Assembly (NCBI RefSeq): GCF_963921235.1 | Contig: NC_086108.1 | Span: 36,644,001-36,708,000 of the forward strand | DNA from: Mobula hypostoma | Taxonomy: Eukaryota | Reading direction: 5' to 3' | DNA: 64,000 bases | Part shown: positions 12,776-27,306 of the stretch, piece by piece | Position numbering within the stretch: the stretch's first letter is position 1 | Layout: each line of letters opens with the position of its first letter | Translations under genes and position numbers: made by a program | The notes under the pieces: model-generated | Told to the model about the DNA's origin: nothing | What the model saw: only the letters and a program-made list of their open reading frames with translations | Database searches by the model: none

Positions 12776-14556
12776 TGTGGAAGCAACATCAGATGCATGG
12801 CAACTCTGGCAGGGTCTGCAAGACATTACATCCTGCAAAGCGAAACCCAATAGCATGAATGGCAGCGATGCTTCACTACCAGATGAACTCAATGCCTTTT
12901 CTGCCCACTTTGAAAGGGAGAACACAACTAGAGCTGTGAAGATCCCTGCTGCACCTGATGACCCTGTGATCTCTGTCTCAGAGGCCGATGTTAGGCTGTC
13001 TTTAAGGTGAGTGAACCCTTGCAAGGTGGAAGGTACCAATGGAGTACCTGGTAAGGCTATGAAAACCGGTGCCAACCAACTAGCAGGAGTATTCAACCTC
13101 TCACTGCTACTGGTGGAAGTTCCCACTTGCTTCAAAAAGGCAGCAATTATACCAGTGCTTAAGAAGAATAATATGGGCTGCCTTAAAGACTATCACCCAG
13201 TAGCACTCACATCAACAGTGATGAAGTGCTTTGAGAGGTTAGTTATGACTAGACTGAACTCCTGCCTCTGCAAGGACCTGAACCCATTGCAATTTGTCTA
13301 TCGCCACAATAGATCAATGGCAGATGCAATCTCAATGGCTCTCCACATGGCTTTCGACCACCTGGACAACACAAACACCTACGTCAGGATGCTGTTCATC
13401 AAATATAGCTCAGCATTTAATACCATCATTCCTGATTGAGAAGTTGCAGAGCCTGGGCCTCTGTACCTCCCTCTGCAATTGGATCCTTGTTTTCCTAACC
13501 GGAAGTCCACAATCTGTGCGGATTGGTGATGATATATCCTCCTCAGTGACGATCAGGGGTATGTGCTTAGCCCACTGTTCTACTCTCTATATACACATGA
13601 CTGTGTGGCTAAGCATAGCTTAACTACCACCTATAAATTTGCTGACGATACACTCATTGTTGGAAGAATCTCAGGTGGTGATGAGAGGGCATACAGGAGT
13701 GAGATATGCCAGCTAGTAGAGTGGTGGCGCAGCAACAACCTGGCACTCAATGTCAGTATGGTGAAAGAGTTGATTGTGGACTTCAGGAAGGGTATGGCAG
13801 AGGAACACCATACCAATCCTCATAGAGGGATCAGAAGTGGAGAGAGTGAGTAGTTTCAAGTTCCTGGGTGTCAAGATCTCTGAGGATCTAACCTAGTCCC
13901 AATATATTGATGTAGTTATAAAGAAGGCAAGACAGCTGTTATACTTCATTAGGAGTTTGAGGAGATTTGGCATGTCAACAAATACACTCAAAAACTTCTA
14001 CAGATGTACCATGGAGAGCATTCTGACAGGCTGCATCACTGTCTGGTATGGAGGGGCTACTGCACAGGACCAAAAGAAACTGCAGAGGGTTGTAAATCTA
14101 GTCAGCTCCATCTTGGGTACTAGCCTACAAAGTACCCAGGACATCTTTAGGGAGCGGTGTCTCAGAAAGGCAGCGTCCATTGTTAAGGATCTCCAACATC
14201 CAGGGCATGCCCTTTTCTCACTGTTACCATCAGGTAGGAGGTACAGAAGACTGAAGGCACACACTCAGCAATTCAGGAACAGCTTCTTCCCCTCTGCCAT
14301 CCGATTCCTAAATGGACATTGAACCCTTGGACACTACTTTTTAATATACAGTATTTCTGTGTTTTGCACAATTTGAAAAAATCTATTCAATATATATATA
14401 CTGTAATTGACTTGTTTATTTATTATTATTATTATGATGTTATATTTTATTTTATTCTTTTTCTCTGCTAGATTATGTATTGCATTGATCTACTGCTGCT
14501 AAGTTAACAAATTTCACGTCACATGCCTGTGATAATAAACCTGATTCTGATTCTGA
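12776..14556 (+). mobile_element. 5'-truncated Rex1/Babar LINE
   Basis: ORFs read [35 protein letters not shown] and HPGHALFSLLPSGRRYR; ends AATAAAC(CTGATT)n. Confidence 0.92.
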
Positions 14557-14789
14557 ATTTAGCAGGCCAGCCCTGATGAAAGATCTTGGACTGAAATGTC
14601 AGCTTTTTATTCCTCTCCACAGATGCTGCCTGACTTGCTGATTTCCTCCAGCATCTTGCATATGTCTCACCTCTGCGAGCTGTGCTTGATTATTGGTCGT
14701 AATGCCCTCTCCTTCTCATATTGGTTGAATTGCCTCTCACCATCTCTTCTCAATGAGCTGTTGGGAAGCAAAACATGATTTCGTTTTAT

Positions 14790-15970
14790 ATGAACACAAG
14801 AGATTCTGCAGGTGCTGGAAATTCAGAATAACACACACACACACACAACTCTGAAGGAACTCAGGCAGCATCTATGGAAATGAAAATACAGGTGATGTTT
14901 CAGGTCATGATGTTTCAACAGAACCGGAAAGGAAGGGGGATGATGGCAGAATAAAAAGGTCGGAGGAGGGGAAGGAGGACAAGCTAGAATGTGATAGGTG
15001 AAGCCAGGAGGGTGGGAAAGGTAAATGCCTGGAGAAGAAGGAAACTTATAGGAGAGGAGAGCGTACCATGAAAGAAAGAGAAGAAGGAGGGGCACCAATG
15101 GGACGTGAGAGCCAGGCAAGTCCATCTTCAATGGAATTGTGCCATCAAACACATCTTTACCTCCACCACCCAATTCTTCACTTTCAATAGCGATTGCTTC
15201 CTCCGTGATTCCCTCGTCAATTCGTCCCTTCCCACTAACTTCCCTCCTTGCAAGCAACAGGCATGCAACACCGGCCCATTCATCAACCTCTTATCTCCAT
15301 TCAGGGCTGCAGTCCTTCAAGGAGAAGCAATATCTTCTATTGCCTATGGTCTATTGTATCCAATGCTTCTGATGCAGTCTTATCTACTTTGGTGACACGT
15401 AACATAAATTGGGGGGCTGCTTTGTAGAGCAGTTCTGCTCCAACACCAAAAACAGAATTTCCTGGTGGCCAACCATTTTAATTTCTATCCCATTTCTGTT
15501 CTGATATGCTGATCCATGCTCTCCCCTTCTGCCATGATGGGGCCACTCTCAGTGTGGTGGAGCAACACCTCATATTCCATCTGGGTAGCTTCCAGATTAA
15601 TGGCATGAACAGCCATTTCTACTTCCAGTAATTCCTTTCCTCTGCCCTTTCCTCCTCTTCCCTTCCCCAGTCTGGCCTCTTACCTCTTCTCCTCACCTGC
15701 CTATCACCTCCCCCCAGTGCCCCTCCTTCTTCCCTTTCAGCCATGGTCCACTATCTTCTCTTATCAGATTCTTTCCTCTCCAGCCCTTTATCTTTCCCAC
15801 CCACCTGGCTTCACCTATCACCTCCTTCACCTTTCAATTCTGGCATCTTCCCTCTTCCTTTCCAGTCCTAATGAAGGATCTTGGCCTGAAATATCGACTG
15901 TTTATTCATTTCCATAGGTGCTGCCTGACCTGCTGAGTTTCTCCAGCATTTTGTGTGTGTTTCTCTGGAT
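14790..15970. mobile_element. Head-to-head inverted Penelope-like pair (minus arm about 14790-15105, plus arm about 15106-15970)
   Basis: Both arms end outward in the GATGCTGCCTG…CAGCATTTTGTGTGTG tail; plus arm has CAGTCCTAATGAAGGATCTTGGCCTGAAATATCGACT (decayed hammerhead) near 15863-15899. Confidence 0.8.
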
Positions 15971-16549
15971 CTTCCCTCTCCTCTGCTTGCTGTCCTCCCC
16001 CTCTTTCTTCCGGACTAGTCTGTGGTAAACCTAGTCACATTTGGAGTTGAGAATCTATCGACAACCTTGTAGGAAGGACTTCCGAGGTGGAACGTGACAT
16101 TGTACAATAGGAAATTAGCTGAACGATGTTTCAATGTTAAATTTGAACAATATTGAAAAGATGATCTTTTTTGAAATATAGGCTGTTTTTCTACACTGTT
16201 TGTGTGGGAAAGGACCACAGTCTTCTGTTACTACGTATGGAGGGGATGAATAGGTGTGAAAGCCCCTCAAACACTGAGGGGACGTATCACTCCAGGGCAG
16301 CCACAAGTGGCAATGGTGTTGTGGTTTAAAAGATAATTAAATTAATCATGAATGCAAAAAGTTTTAAATTGTAATTTTGCATATATTTTAATTATGAATG
16401 AAGATTACTTTTGAAAATAAGTAAAATTGGTATGGGGGACTGTATAAATACTTGGTTCTGTTGCTCTTCATAAAGCTTTCAGACAGATCTGATCTGAACT
16501 GCAGGCACTAGATACCGCATACGCTGGAATTCAGAGCAGCAAAGAATCT

Positions 16550-16790
16550 GCAAAATCCAGAGTAACACACACAAAATGCTGGAGGAACTCAGCAAGTCAG
16601 GCAGCATCTATGGAGGAGAATAGATAATTGATGTTTTGGGCTGAGACCCTTCATCAGGAAGAGAGGAATTCAGAATCGGTACATCAACTGTGATGCAAGG
16701 ATTTGATTTGAAATGTCGACAGCTCATTTCCGCCCGCAGATTTTGCTTGACCCCTTGAATTCCTCTAGCTGATTGTTTGTTGATCTGAAC
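16550..16790. mobile_element. Short inverted pair of Penelope pLTR tails
   Basis: Minus arm reads CCTGATGAAGGGTCTCAGCCCAAAACATCAA plus tail (16560-16659); plus arm reads TGATGCAAGG…GAAATGTCGACAG plus tail (about 16690-16785). Confidence 0.65.
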
Positions 16791-18234
16791 TACAGTTCAT
16801 TATCTAACACAAATTCTTCAGGCATATCACGAGTTGTGAAAATCAATCTCAGCTCTCCACTGTACGTACTGTTGTGCATGATCCTGCATGTCAAACTTTG
16901 ATCCCTTGAGAGTGAATATTGCAAGGGACTAGAAAGTTATTTCCTTTCTGATAAAAATCGATATAGGATCTCTGAAAAGGTGGCCTCAGCTATGTCCATG
17001 TTTATAGGGTTGTTGGTGGTGATTCTGCTTGTTTTTTTTGACAGACTCTGAGGATTATCTGGATCTGTTTCAGCATACAAAGCTTCCTGAAATAGCCTGC
17101 ATATTTATGATGTCATGGATCATGATTTGAAATGGATGATTCCTAACTTCTATTGCAACTTCTTTTCTTCTTTAATGTTAAAGGAACGGACCATAGTGAA
17201 TGGCCTCTATTGTACCTGTAGCAAGAATTTGCATTACTTCCATTTCTGAAGTGCTGACTTGTCTTGGAAATTGAACTTCTGATATGGCCTTCTGATATAC
17301 TGTAATCTGACGTTATATTTGTGGCAGGTGATGTATGAAACCCTCAGGAATTACCACTGAAAGAAAAATTTTGCAAGGCAGGGTGAAAGTAAGATTCTGC
17401 ATGTTAAGCAGTTTGGAATGAATCTGCTAATCATCTAAGCCATACACAAATCTATCCCATTGTGCAAAGATTCAGCAAAGTTTGGACAAATCCTTTAATA
17501 TAGTACCCTATACTTGCTGATTAACCTGCCCACCCTTTGATTCCATGTGAAAAGTTTTCTATTTTTATAAATGGTTATGGATTGAAAAAATTTTCCAATC
17601 TCTATACTTATTCAGTCAATGAAGCAGTCATGACTCTCTGTGCGACTATCATATTAGCAGGTGTTATTGATCTCCAAGCCAACCTCTGTTAACACAGAAG
17701 TCCTCTGTTCCCATGACTGCGTTCTATGGCTGTTTTCAATTGTTCTTCAGCTAAAATATGATTGTAGTGAGGTGTATTTTGATTATTTCCATACATGTTG
17801 TGAATGACTGCATGCTTGATAGTACACACCTAAGCATCCTGCCTGTACTTAAATGACTATTTTGTTCAACTATCTTCTATTTCCAAGACTTCTCAGTAGT
17901 ATTTTCAATGCTCCTGTCTAATTTTCCAGCAGTATTTTGGATATTGATGTTCTTCCATCTCTCAAAGTAAAGTACTATTGACCACAACGGCCTTTCATTA
18001 CCACTGACTGAGCACTAGATGAAGATTTACTGAATCACTGAGCACAGAGAGTCATCAGGAACTTTGTCCTAGATATTTTATTTCCAAAATCCAAAGGTTT
18101 CAGATTTTGTGTTTCGTGCCATTATTCATGGCAGGTTTTACAAAAACTTTCTTTGACATGTACCTTACCTTTCTTGTGGACTCACTGTGATAAATTTCTT
18201 TGAACTATCACTGTCACCTTTTGCAGTCCATTTA

Positions 18235-18670
18235 TGGACTTTTAACATCGTAAACTGGCAGGTCGTTGTTAGGTCTCCCACTCGCTATGAAAATGGGGCC
18301 GACCTCCCTCTCCCTTATTAGGGAGAGAGAGAGAACCTGCATTATGTCGAATGCCAGATGAAATGCGAAGTCTTTGGGGTCACTGCAAGCCTGTGTCTTT
18401 GCTATCGCCTAGCTCATGCTTGTGCTCGGCGTTGGTGCTGATGCTTTCTTAGATTTTGCCGGTGGGAGGAGGGGGGATTGTTGCTTGCTGCAGCTTACAT
18501 GCTTGAGGGGGGAGCCGGGGGGGATACTTTGGGGTTCTCACATTTAACCGCCGTTTATTCTTCGGGGCACTTCTCTTTTTTCGTGGAGGTTTGCGAAGAA
18601 AAAGAATTTCAGGATGTATATGGTATACATTTCTCTAACATTAAATTGGACTTTTGGATCTTTGAACCAT
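18235..18670 (+). mobile_element. Non-autonomous retroelement family C, 3' fragment
   Basis: Homologous to about 54950-55345 (AACATCGTAAA…CCCTTATTAGGGAGAGAGAGAG…AAGAATTTCAGGATGTATA). Confidence 0.7.
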
Positions 18671-19109
18671 TGGATGGTAGTCCAACTACAGTTATTATAG
18701 AGATGTTGCTCATTTATAAATTCTAGGAGATGCTGGGAATTTCAGAATATATGCTAGCTGTTTTTTGAAGATCACTTACCTGTATTCTTGCATTACCCAT
18801 GTCATGATGAGATCGCATCACATGCACGTGTGGCTCGTTTAAGTTTTAACATGCAAATATACCACAGGTGGCATCTCACAGTCCTCAAACCCAGCCATTA
18901 AATCATTGTCTTCAGTGAAGGAAACCTTCAGTTCTCACTCAGTTTAATGCCTGTGTCACTTCAGCTTACAACAATGTGAAGTGCCATGTGGAACCATTTA
19001 GTTGTATTGATAGTACAACTGAGTGGTACACCTCCACCTTGTCAGAGGGTCTAAAGATGGATTAAAGTTTGGGTCTTTCTGACATACTTGCATCATGAGA
19101 ATGAAGATG

Positions 19110-19265
19110 CAAGTAATTTTAAGAGAAGTTTGGATAGGTACATGGATGGAGGAGTTACGGTGGGTTATGGTCCCAGTGCAGGTCAATAGACGTAGGCAGT
19201 TTAAATGGATTGGCATGGACATATACTGTGCTGTTCTTTCCTATGACTCTTTGACTCCATGACTT
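19110..19265 (+). mobile_element. Short CR1 3' end
   Basis: TTTAAGAGAAGTTTGGATAGGTACATGGAT… followed by a (CTATGACT)n-like tail. Confidence 0.6.
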
Positions 19266-21161
19266 TAAAAGATATCTTATTTAAAAAATATACCAAACAA
19301 ATTTAAAATTGATTTTTAAAATTAACTTCAAAGGCCTATCACTCCATTCATTGATGTGGAGGAGACAGATCATTTCATTCATCATCAGTAACCATTCTTT
19401 AAATTTGACTTGTCTTTGCATATACCTTATGCATGAGGTTGATGTGTGACTAAGGAAAACAGTGCTGAAGGCCTGCGACAGGAAGTTCATTAATGAAGTG
19501 CTGGAAAGGCATTTGGAATGAAAGCTAGTAACTAGGAAAGTCAAAGAGTTCTGCCGTAGGAAAGGGGTAAATCATTATGACAGTTTTACAGCACTATTTC
19601 TGAGGTAAATGATGAAAGTAACAAAACAACAGCAGGAGGAAAAAGTTATGGACTTCCTTGTTTATGAGATTTGAGCATTGCTCAGGACTAAATCACATTT
19701 TATGTACAGCTTTCAAAGGTCTTGAGAAAAGGAGAATAGCCAAGAGATTAGATCAGGTCAGAATTCATCATCTTGCCAATGAAGGCAGACCTAACAGAAG
19801 GCAGCAATTATGGAGCAATTAACTAAATTAGTAGCAGAAGCAAAATACTGCTGAATATTATATTTAATAGGGTCAGGAATAAAATTACTCAGGGACTTAC
19901 TGAGGAGGAGCAAGCAGGATTTGGATGAAGGATGAGTCTTAATTGTGTAGATACTAATTACAGACTGTTATTGAGATTTTTAAGAACCATTTATTGTACT
20001 ATAAACCTCAACCCGGTTACAAATATATTTAAAAATTCTGCACATCAGAGCATTCTTGGGTTGGTCAGCACCTAACAGGAAATTGGCCCGAGTTTCCAAG
20101 GAAGATTCACCTTGGCATGGTTGTCTTCCTGCCATCATAACGTTGTCACGTTGTCAAACTGTGCACATTTCTTCCACTGCATTATGTAATCTATGAAGTT
20201 CATTGCCCTCTCACTAAAGAACCAGGGTTGCATTGCATTGGGATCTAGAGTGCCACAGCAGGGAAAACCTGCCCTATAATACCGATGGCCTGTGGTGTTT
20301 CTTATACTGATTGCAACCGCTTTTGCTTTTATTTATATCAATTAAGAGCTCCCATTTGCTATCACCGGGCTACTGACCAGCCTTCGCTTTGCAGCTACCC
20401 CACTCCCATATGTTCTTTGCCTCAGTGGCTGGCAGACCTTTTTGCTTTCAGTACTGAACATCTCCTCAACAGTCCAGATGGCAAACTGCATGCTCAGTGG
20501 GAACTGCACAGATTCAGGACCGAGTTGCATATTGTCCTTAGGGCTAGTAGGATCAAGAGAAATGAGGAGGAAACTAGAATGGGACTCTGATCAGCCACGA
20601 TCATCAGGAATGGAGAAGTAGGCTCGAAGGACCGAATAGTCTACTTTCTGCATCTACTTCTATTTTAGAATGCCATTTTACTCCATTTGCAGCTTTTACC
20701 CCATTTCATTCATCATTTTGGGAGATTGGTGGGGATCAGCTCCATATACAGTATAGGTCATTTGTGTTAGCCCATCGGAAGAGAGAAAGACTCAAAATTT
20801 CTATCCATAAATGACGAACTCTGTCAGCTTTCAGTTGTAGATTTTTGCAGCAGGGAATTGAGATAAATCAAGAGGTAATGATGGAACTGAATGGATATAC
20901 AGAGCAGCAGGCTTCATGATTTCATTTACAGAACTGTTTGAACATAAAATAACCAGTAAAGGTACAAAGTTCAAAGTAAATTTATTATCCAAGTAAATAT
21001 GTCACCATATGCATGAGATTAATTTTCTCACAGACATACTCAATAAATCAATAGTATAATAATAACCATAACAGAATCAATGAAAGACCGTACTGACCAA
21101 TATGCAAAAGTTAATGAACTATGCAAATACAAAAAGAAGGAAATAATAATACATAAATAGG

Positions 21162-21719
21162 TGTAACACGTTGTAATATTTCATGCTAATGTAATGGTTT
21201 CTCTGTAGCAGCAGTGTTAGGGTTATGACTAGAGATAATGGGGACTTTTGAATGTGCTCTGGCCAATGGGGGAAGGTGTTCTTTTTCATGTGTGTCTGAG
21301 CGAAGGTTTCGCAGTCTTTTGTTGGGCGGAAGATGGAGAGAGTAGATGCCAGAACGGGGAAATTGTGGACTGCAGGATGGAGTGGACTTGGAATGGGGTC
21401 GGGAATTGACGTCCGAGGGGAAAATCGATGGACAATGAACAGACAGGAAAACAGTGAACTCCAACGTTGCACATTAGACTGGTTCATGAGAATGGGCCCT
21501 TTTTCTTTTTTGTTACTTTACTAACCCTATAGTCAAATTAAGAATTATAAAGTTCAATCGTTTAATTGCATATGGTGTACTGCTTGTTATTTCAGGGTAC
21601 TGATTTGTAACAGGGGAATACATTACACAGCATTCACCCAAACAAAACCTCACAGAAGTCTGGCTGTGCTGGAGGCTGTCTTCTCCTGGATTAAGCTGCT
21701 AGCCGAACCTAGGGTTACA
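21162..21719 (+). repeat. 5' LTR of Gypsy element
   Basis: TGTAACAC…GGTTACA; direct repeat of 27307-27859 with many substitutions. Confidence 0.93.
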
Positions 21720-21723
21720 ATTG

Positions 21724-21741
21724 TGGGGACTCGTCCGGGAT
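21724..21741 (+). promoter_or_regulatory. Primer-binding site complementary to tRNA-Pro 3' end
   Basis: TGGGGACTCGTCCGGGAT, 17/18 match to the canonical Pro PBS TGGGGGCTCGTCCGGGAT, 4 nt after the 5' LTR. Confidence 0.88.
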
Positions 21742-22009
21742 CGATTTCATTGGATGCTGTGTGATTACCCTGAGCATCAAACGAGTGGGTAGATATTTTA
21801 CTCTGGATGAATTGTTATTTCCCCTGTTAAGTACTGTTAAAGTTGCGATTGTGGGCGGTGGTTTGATAAAATGGTGGGTGCAGCTTTCGTTTTAATGCAG
21901 ACCAGCTTTGACGTAGATGTAGCTGGGGGGGGGGGGCCCAGAGGAAGAGTGAGAATTCTGAGGTAAAATCTGCCCTTATCTCTCTGGCGAATAAGTCCCA
22001 GCAATGGCA

Positions 22010-22778
22010 GGCACCTCCTATTCTCTGGAATAATGCCCACCCATAAAGGAGAAGAGGAGTATGAAACTTGGGTGGAGCATGTTAGATGAGTGACAGTGCT
22101 CTGATGACGTAAAGTGACAGAGATTGGTTGAGAGTTTGAGTGGGCGGGCTGCTGGCATTGTGAGAACTGACATGTTGTGGTATCTCCTAGCAATCGTGAG
22201 CGATTACATGTGAGCCCTGGAAAACTCTTGGCCCGACGGGAAGCTCAATGGAGCTCATGGTGGGGTTTCAGAACTTGCATCAGGAGAAGGGGGAGAAGCT
22301 TTCTGCTCATACTTTTTGGCGAGAGAGGCAGCTAAGTTGCTTGCAGCGCAGAGGAGTCATTCAGGCGGCTCAGGTGGATCAGTTAAGAATGGACCAGATA
22401 GCCAGGGGTACCCAGTCCCAGGACCTGATTGGTTGGGGTCTCCGACTGTCTCGTAAGACGCACCCCCCTTCCTCTTTTGTTGAGCTGATCAGAGAGGTTC
22501 GAGAGAAGGAGAATGTGTTGGAGGCGTGGGAGACCTCCGTCAGTGGAGTACAGTCCTCGGTAGTGGTCTCCTGTGGTGAAGTGACCGCAGATAGCCTACC
22601 CCGGGGAGTGGTAGAGGAGATTGTGACAGAGTTGAGAATTGAGATGTCTTGGCCGTTATCAATGGGTGTGATTCCCTGCCCCCCCCCCCATATGATGGAG
22701 CTGATGAGGGGGCAGATCCCCTCAGGGGATGAACAATGCAAAGGGCAGCTGGCAGCAGATGTCACGCGAGGAAAGTGA
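22010..22778 (+). pseudogene. Gypsy gag, PNMA/Ma-like capsid (disrupted)
   Basis: Translation near 22018 gives LFSGIMPTHKGEEEYETWVEH; ORF 22248-22778 has QEKGEKLSAH and PPSSFVELIREVREKE; in-frame stops and frameshifts. Confidence 0.75.
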
Positions 22779-22899
22779 ACCCACGGGTACCGAAGCAGAG
22801 AGAGTCATGGGGAAAATTTAGAGGAGACCCAGTTGGGGAACAGCCTGGTGTCTCTAGGGGAACATGTTCCCAGCAATATACAAAGGAACCCCTGAAAGC

Positions 22900-25800
22900 G
22901 AAAGGCCCTATTCCTGAAGGTTTAGTGGGACCATACTGCAGTGTGTCGATACGGATAGAGGGTATTTATGCTGAAGCCATACTCAACACCGGGTCACAGG
23001 TCACGTTGTTGTATCGTTCGTTTTACAACCAGCATTTACCATTGACCCTATTCAGGGCACTGAAGATCTGGGGGCTTAGTGCCAATGATTATCCATATGA
23101 CGGTTATTTGTCAGTGAAGTTGGAGTTCTCGGAGGCCGATGTGGGAGCGTCTGAGGTCCTTGATACATTGATGTTGGTTTGTCTGGACCCTGTTGAGAAG
23201 CGCAGCATTTCAATTCTGGTGGAGACCAACACCTCTCTTGTGAAGAGGCTCATGAGGGCCTGCAAGGAGAAGACTGGCGAGAGCTTTCTGGGAACACTCT
23301 CCGTGAACTTGGACTTTCAAGCTGCTTTTGTGGAAGTGCGTGGCTGCATTTGGTCAGGCAACGGATTTAGACGAGGGACTGTGTGGTTCACCCAGTTGAA
23401 GCCAATGGTGGTACGGCCCAGGGAAGTAGCAAGAGTGATGGGGACCCCCAAATTTCCCAGACTTCCTGAGGGCGAGGCATCTTAATGGATGCGCCGGAAG
23501 ACCACGAGGGGGAGTCGGGATTTCCTGCTGGGGTACTGGTGAGGCCCGAATTGTAGAAGCCCTCGGTTGTACAGGCAAGCAGGATGGCAGTGATTGACAG
23601 GAACATTACGAACAGGGAGGTCACCTTCAAGCAAGGGATGCCACGGTGCATTTGTTCCCGGTGACGGTAATGTCTAACATCTCTGTGAGACAGGCCGGGG
23701 AGAAACTATTGGGAAAAGGGTGCAAGTTGACTGCTGAGTCATTAAACTTCGGGGACTCCCTGGTTCCTGTGGGTTGGAAGAGGAGGCTGGTAGAGAAGAT
23801 GTTGAAGCTGAAAGGTCTCTTTTCCACCAACGAGTTTGATGTGGGTTGTTCCAAGAGCACTTGTCACACTATCCAGGAGACTGAGGACACCCCGTTTAGA
23901 GACAGGTTGTGGAGACTGGCCCCTGCAGATGTGAAAGACGGTGCAGCAGCATTTGTGTAAGTTGAAGGAAACTAGGATCATCACTGAGTCCCGAAGCCCC
24001 TATGCATCCCCAATAGTAGTGGCCTGAAAGAAGAATGGGAAGATACAGATGTGTGTGGACTACAAGACTCTGAACAGGCACACTGTCCCTGACCAGTATA
24101 TGGTCCTGAGGATTGAAGACGGCCTGTCTGAGTGGTGAGAAGTGGTTCAGTATGCTGGACTTGAGGAGTGGATATTACCAGATCCCCATGAGTGAGGCTG
24201 ACAATGAGAAGACGGCCTTTTTAGGTCCGCTGGGATTCTTTCATTTCGAAAGGGTGCCCCACGGCATATTGGGTGCCCCTGCAAACTTCCAACGGCCATG
24301 GAGAAGACGGCGGGTGATATGAACTTCCTTGAGGTATTGGTGTATCTGGATGACCTCATAGTGTCTGGATCCACCTTGGAAGAACATGAAGTGAGACTAC
24401 TGAAGGTGCTGGGTTGCCTGAAAGCTGAAGGGTTAGAATTTTCCCTGGACAGGGTCCAGTTCTGCAAAGTGTCTGTTAGCTATGTTGGGCACATAGTCTC
24501 ATAACAGAGCCGGCTAGGATAGAGGTGGTGACCACTTGGCCAAGACCCTAGACTGTGAGCACTTTGCGCTCTTTCCTTGGGTTCTGTTGTAACTATCAGA
24601 GATTCGCGAAAGGCTATGTGAAAGTGAGTTACCCATTGAATCAGCTTCTGTGCAGTTACCCTCCCTTGGGGAAGAAAAGGAGGAGAAAAAAGGACAGGAT
24701 GGTGGAGAGTATCTTAGCCCATCGGAGCCCTTTGGACCGAGGTGGGATGTAAAATGTGAGGACACCTTTCAGTCGCTGAAGGAGTTGCTAACTCAGGTGC
24801 CGGTGCTGGCTTTTGCAGACCCCCGGTTGCCGTATGTGCTGCACACGGATGCCAGCTGAGAGGGTTTAGGGGGCAGACACTGTATCAGGATCAGGGCTCC
24901 GGGTTGAGACCCGTTGCATTTGTCAGCCGGAGTTTGTCACCCTCCGAGAAAATCTATCCCACGCACAAGTTGGAATTTCTGGCGTTGAAATGGGCGGTGG
25001 TGGATAAGCTGAGTGACTACCTCTATGGGACCAAGTTTGAGGTGAGGGCGGACAACAGACCCTTAATTTATATCCTGACCTTGGTGAAACTGAATGCCAC
25101 AGGCCATCGTTGGATGGCGGCGTTGTCTGCCTATGACTTCAGCCTGAAGTACCAGCTGGGAAGCAGGAACTTTGATGCTGGTGCTTTTGTCCCGACGGGC
25201 GCATGAAGGACTGGACATGGTCAAGGAGTGGGAGAGTGTTCCTGCCCCGGTGCTGAAGGCCCTGTGTCAGTTTGCCATCACCGTGAAGGCAGAGGGAAAG
25301 GAGGGGCAGGATCGAGCGGTGGATCAATTGGGAGCTTCTGGTGACGCCATTGCCCACGTTTACTGTAACATGACAGCTCTGAAGACAAATCAGCTGCCGG
25401 AATTGAGTTCTGGGGAAGTGGCAGCTGCTCAGCGAGATGATCCATGCATTGATACCATTTTGTCAGCAGTTGAAAAGGGAGACATGGCTCAGGCAGAGAA
25501 GATGAAATATGTGGCGGTGCCTCTATTACTGAAAGAATGGCCTCAGTTGGAGTTGAAGAACCAGATCTTATACTGGGTCACGTCACCCCCGGACTGACCC
25601 CGGCGTTGCCAGCTGGGTCTGCCAGAGAAGTATCGGAGGATTGTACTGAAGTCACTTCGTGATAATTCTGGACTTTTGGTGGTTGAGAAGATCTATGGAT
25701 TGCTCAGAGACCAGTTTTATTGGCCCTGAATGAAGTCAGAGGTTGAAGAATACTGCAAGTCATGCATTTGATGCATACGGTGGAAGACACTGCCTATGCA

Positions 25801-26858
25801 GGCAGCTCCCTTGTCCCACTTGCAGAGTGCAGGGCCCCTGGACCTGGTGTGTATGGATTTCCTGTCAATAGAACCCGATGCCAGCAAGATGGCGAATGTC
25901 TTAGTCATCACGGATCACTACATCAGATATGCTCAGGCTTTTCCTATCAAGAACCAGAGGGCATCCACGGTGGCCAAAGTGTTATGGGAGAAGTATTTAA
26001 TTTAATATCGCCTTCCCGGGTGAATACATAATGATCATGGATAGGTTTTCGAGACTAGACTCATCTATGAGTTACTGGGCATGCTTGGAGTCGAGAAGGT
26101 GAGGCCATGGCCTATCATTTGCAGGATGATCCCCAGCCCAAGAGGTTTAATCAGACTTTGCTAGACATGCTTGGGACCTTGGAGATCAGAAAGAAGAGCA
26201 GGTGGAGTCAACATATTTGACATCTAGTCCACAGTTACAACTGTACCCGAAATGAAACTACTGGGTACTCACCATACTATCTGATATTTGGGCATGAGAA
26301 GAGGTTGCCCATTGACCTTTGTTTTGGGACTGACGAGGGCGACTTACCACTGAAGACATCTGAAATATGTGTCTGATATGAGAAGAGAGCTGAAAAGGGC
26401 TTATAATTGTTGTGGTAGTGGCTGCCAAGCAGAATCAAGGGAATAAGAGGAGGTATGATCAAAAGATGAGGTTCTCCCAACTCCTGCTGGGAGACAGAGT
26501 CCTCATAAGGAATTTGGGGCAACTTGGGAAGCATATGTTGGTTGACTGCTGGGCGGCTGCGCTCTATGTGGTGGAGAGTCAGATGCCAAACCTACCAGTT
26601 TTCTGGGTGAAACCGGAGGATGGGAATGGGCCTGTCAAGGTTCTCCATCAGAACCACCTGCTGCCCCTGAGACGAGAGATGCAGGTAGACCCAGAGCCTG
26701 ACTTGGAGCCTACACCCAGTAAGAGGACCTGGAAACACGGGGTGACGGCGGGGCCAACAGCAGGAGAGGTTAAGCTGGCCCCCACCCCTGAGAGGGATAC
26801 TGATTCAGAGGATGAGGACCTGGATGTGTGGTATATGCTGCCTTTTTCTAACTCCTGA
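22900..26858 (+). pseudogene. Gypsy pol (protease, RT, RNase H, integrase), fragmented
   Basis: AILNTGSQVT (protease with D>N), FSMLDLRSGYYQI, VYLDDLIV, LHTDAS, RPVAFVSRSL…KLEFLALKWAV, DLVCMDFL…VITDHY; many stops and frameshifts. Confidence 0.92.
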
Positions 26859-27293
26859 TTGATTGAGGAAGAGACTCCTAGCCCTTCTCCCTTCTCTTCT
26901 CAGGTGAAATTGGTGGGGGGGGGGGAGCGGGCTAGCTGTAGACAGCCTGGGTTGCAACGCGATCCTGCCAAGGAATGAAGTGGGACTTGGCCAAGGGACA
27001 GAGGGGTTCAAGTTGCCGTTGGGCATGAGTGAGAGGCTGGGGGAGGCCTCGTCAGGTAGACTAGAAGTATCCCCAGTAGTGTCGGAACCTGAAAAGTTAG
27101 GTGAGGGGGGACGGAGGTTTCAGGGAATTAGGAGACCACTGGATAGGCTGGCCTACGTAGCACCAGGGGAACAGAATGTGGTCCCTCCCATTTTGGGGAA
27201 CTATGTCACTGCCTTTCACACCTGGGTTGGACTTTGTGCTTTGCAGGAAGGGTTGGTGAATTATCTCAACGTCATAAGGACATGACTAAATTT

Positions 27294-27306
27294 AGTGGGG
27301 GGAGAG
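27294..27306 (+). promoter_or_regulatory. Polypurine tract
   Basis: AGTGGGGGGAGAG immediately before the 3' LTR. Confidence 0.85.

Noticed and set aside
22010..22778. Domesticated PNMA-like host gene
   Set aside because: Stops and frameshifts, and it lies between two LTRs with a decayed pol.
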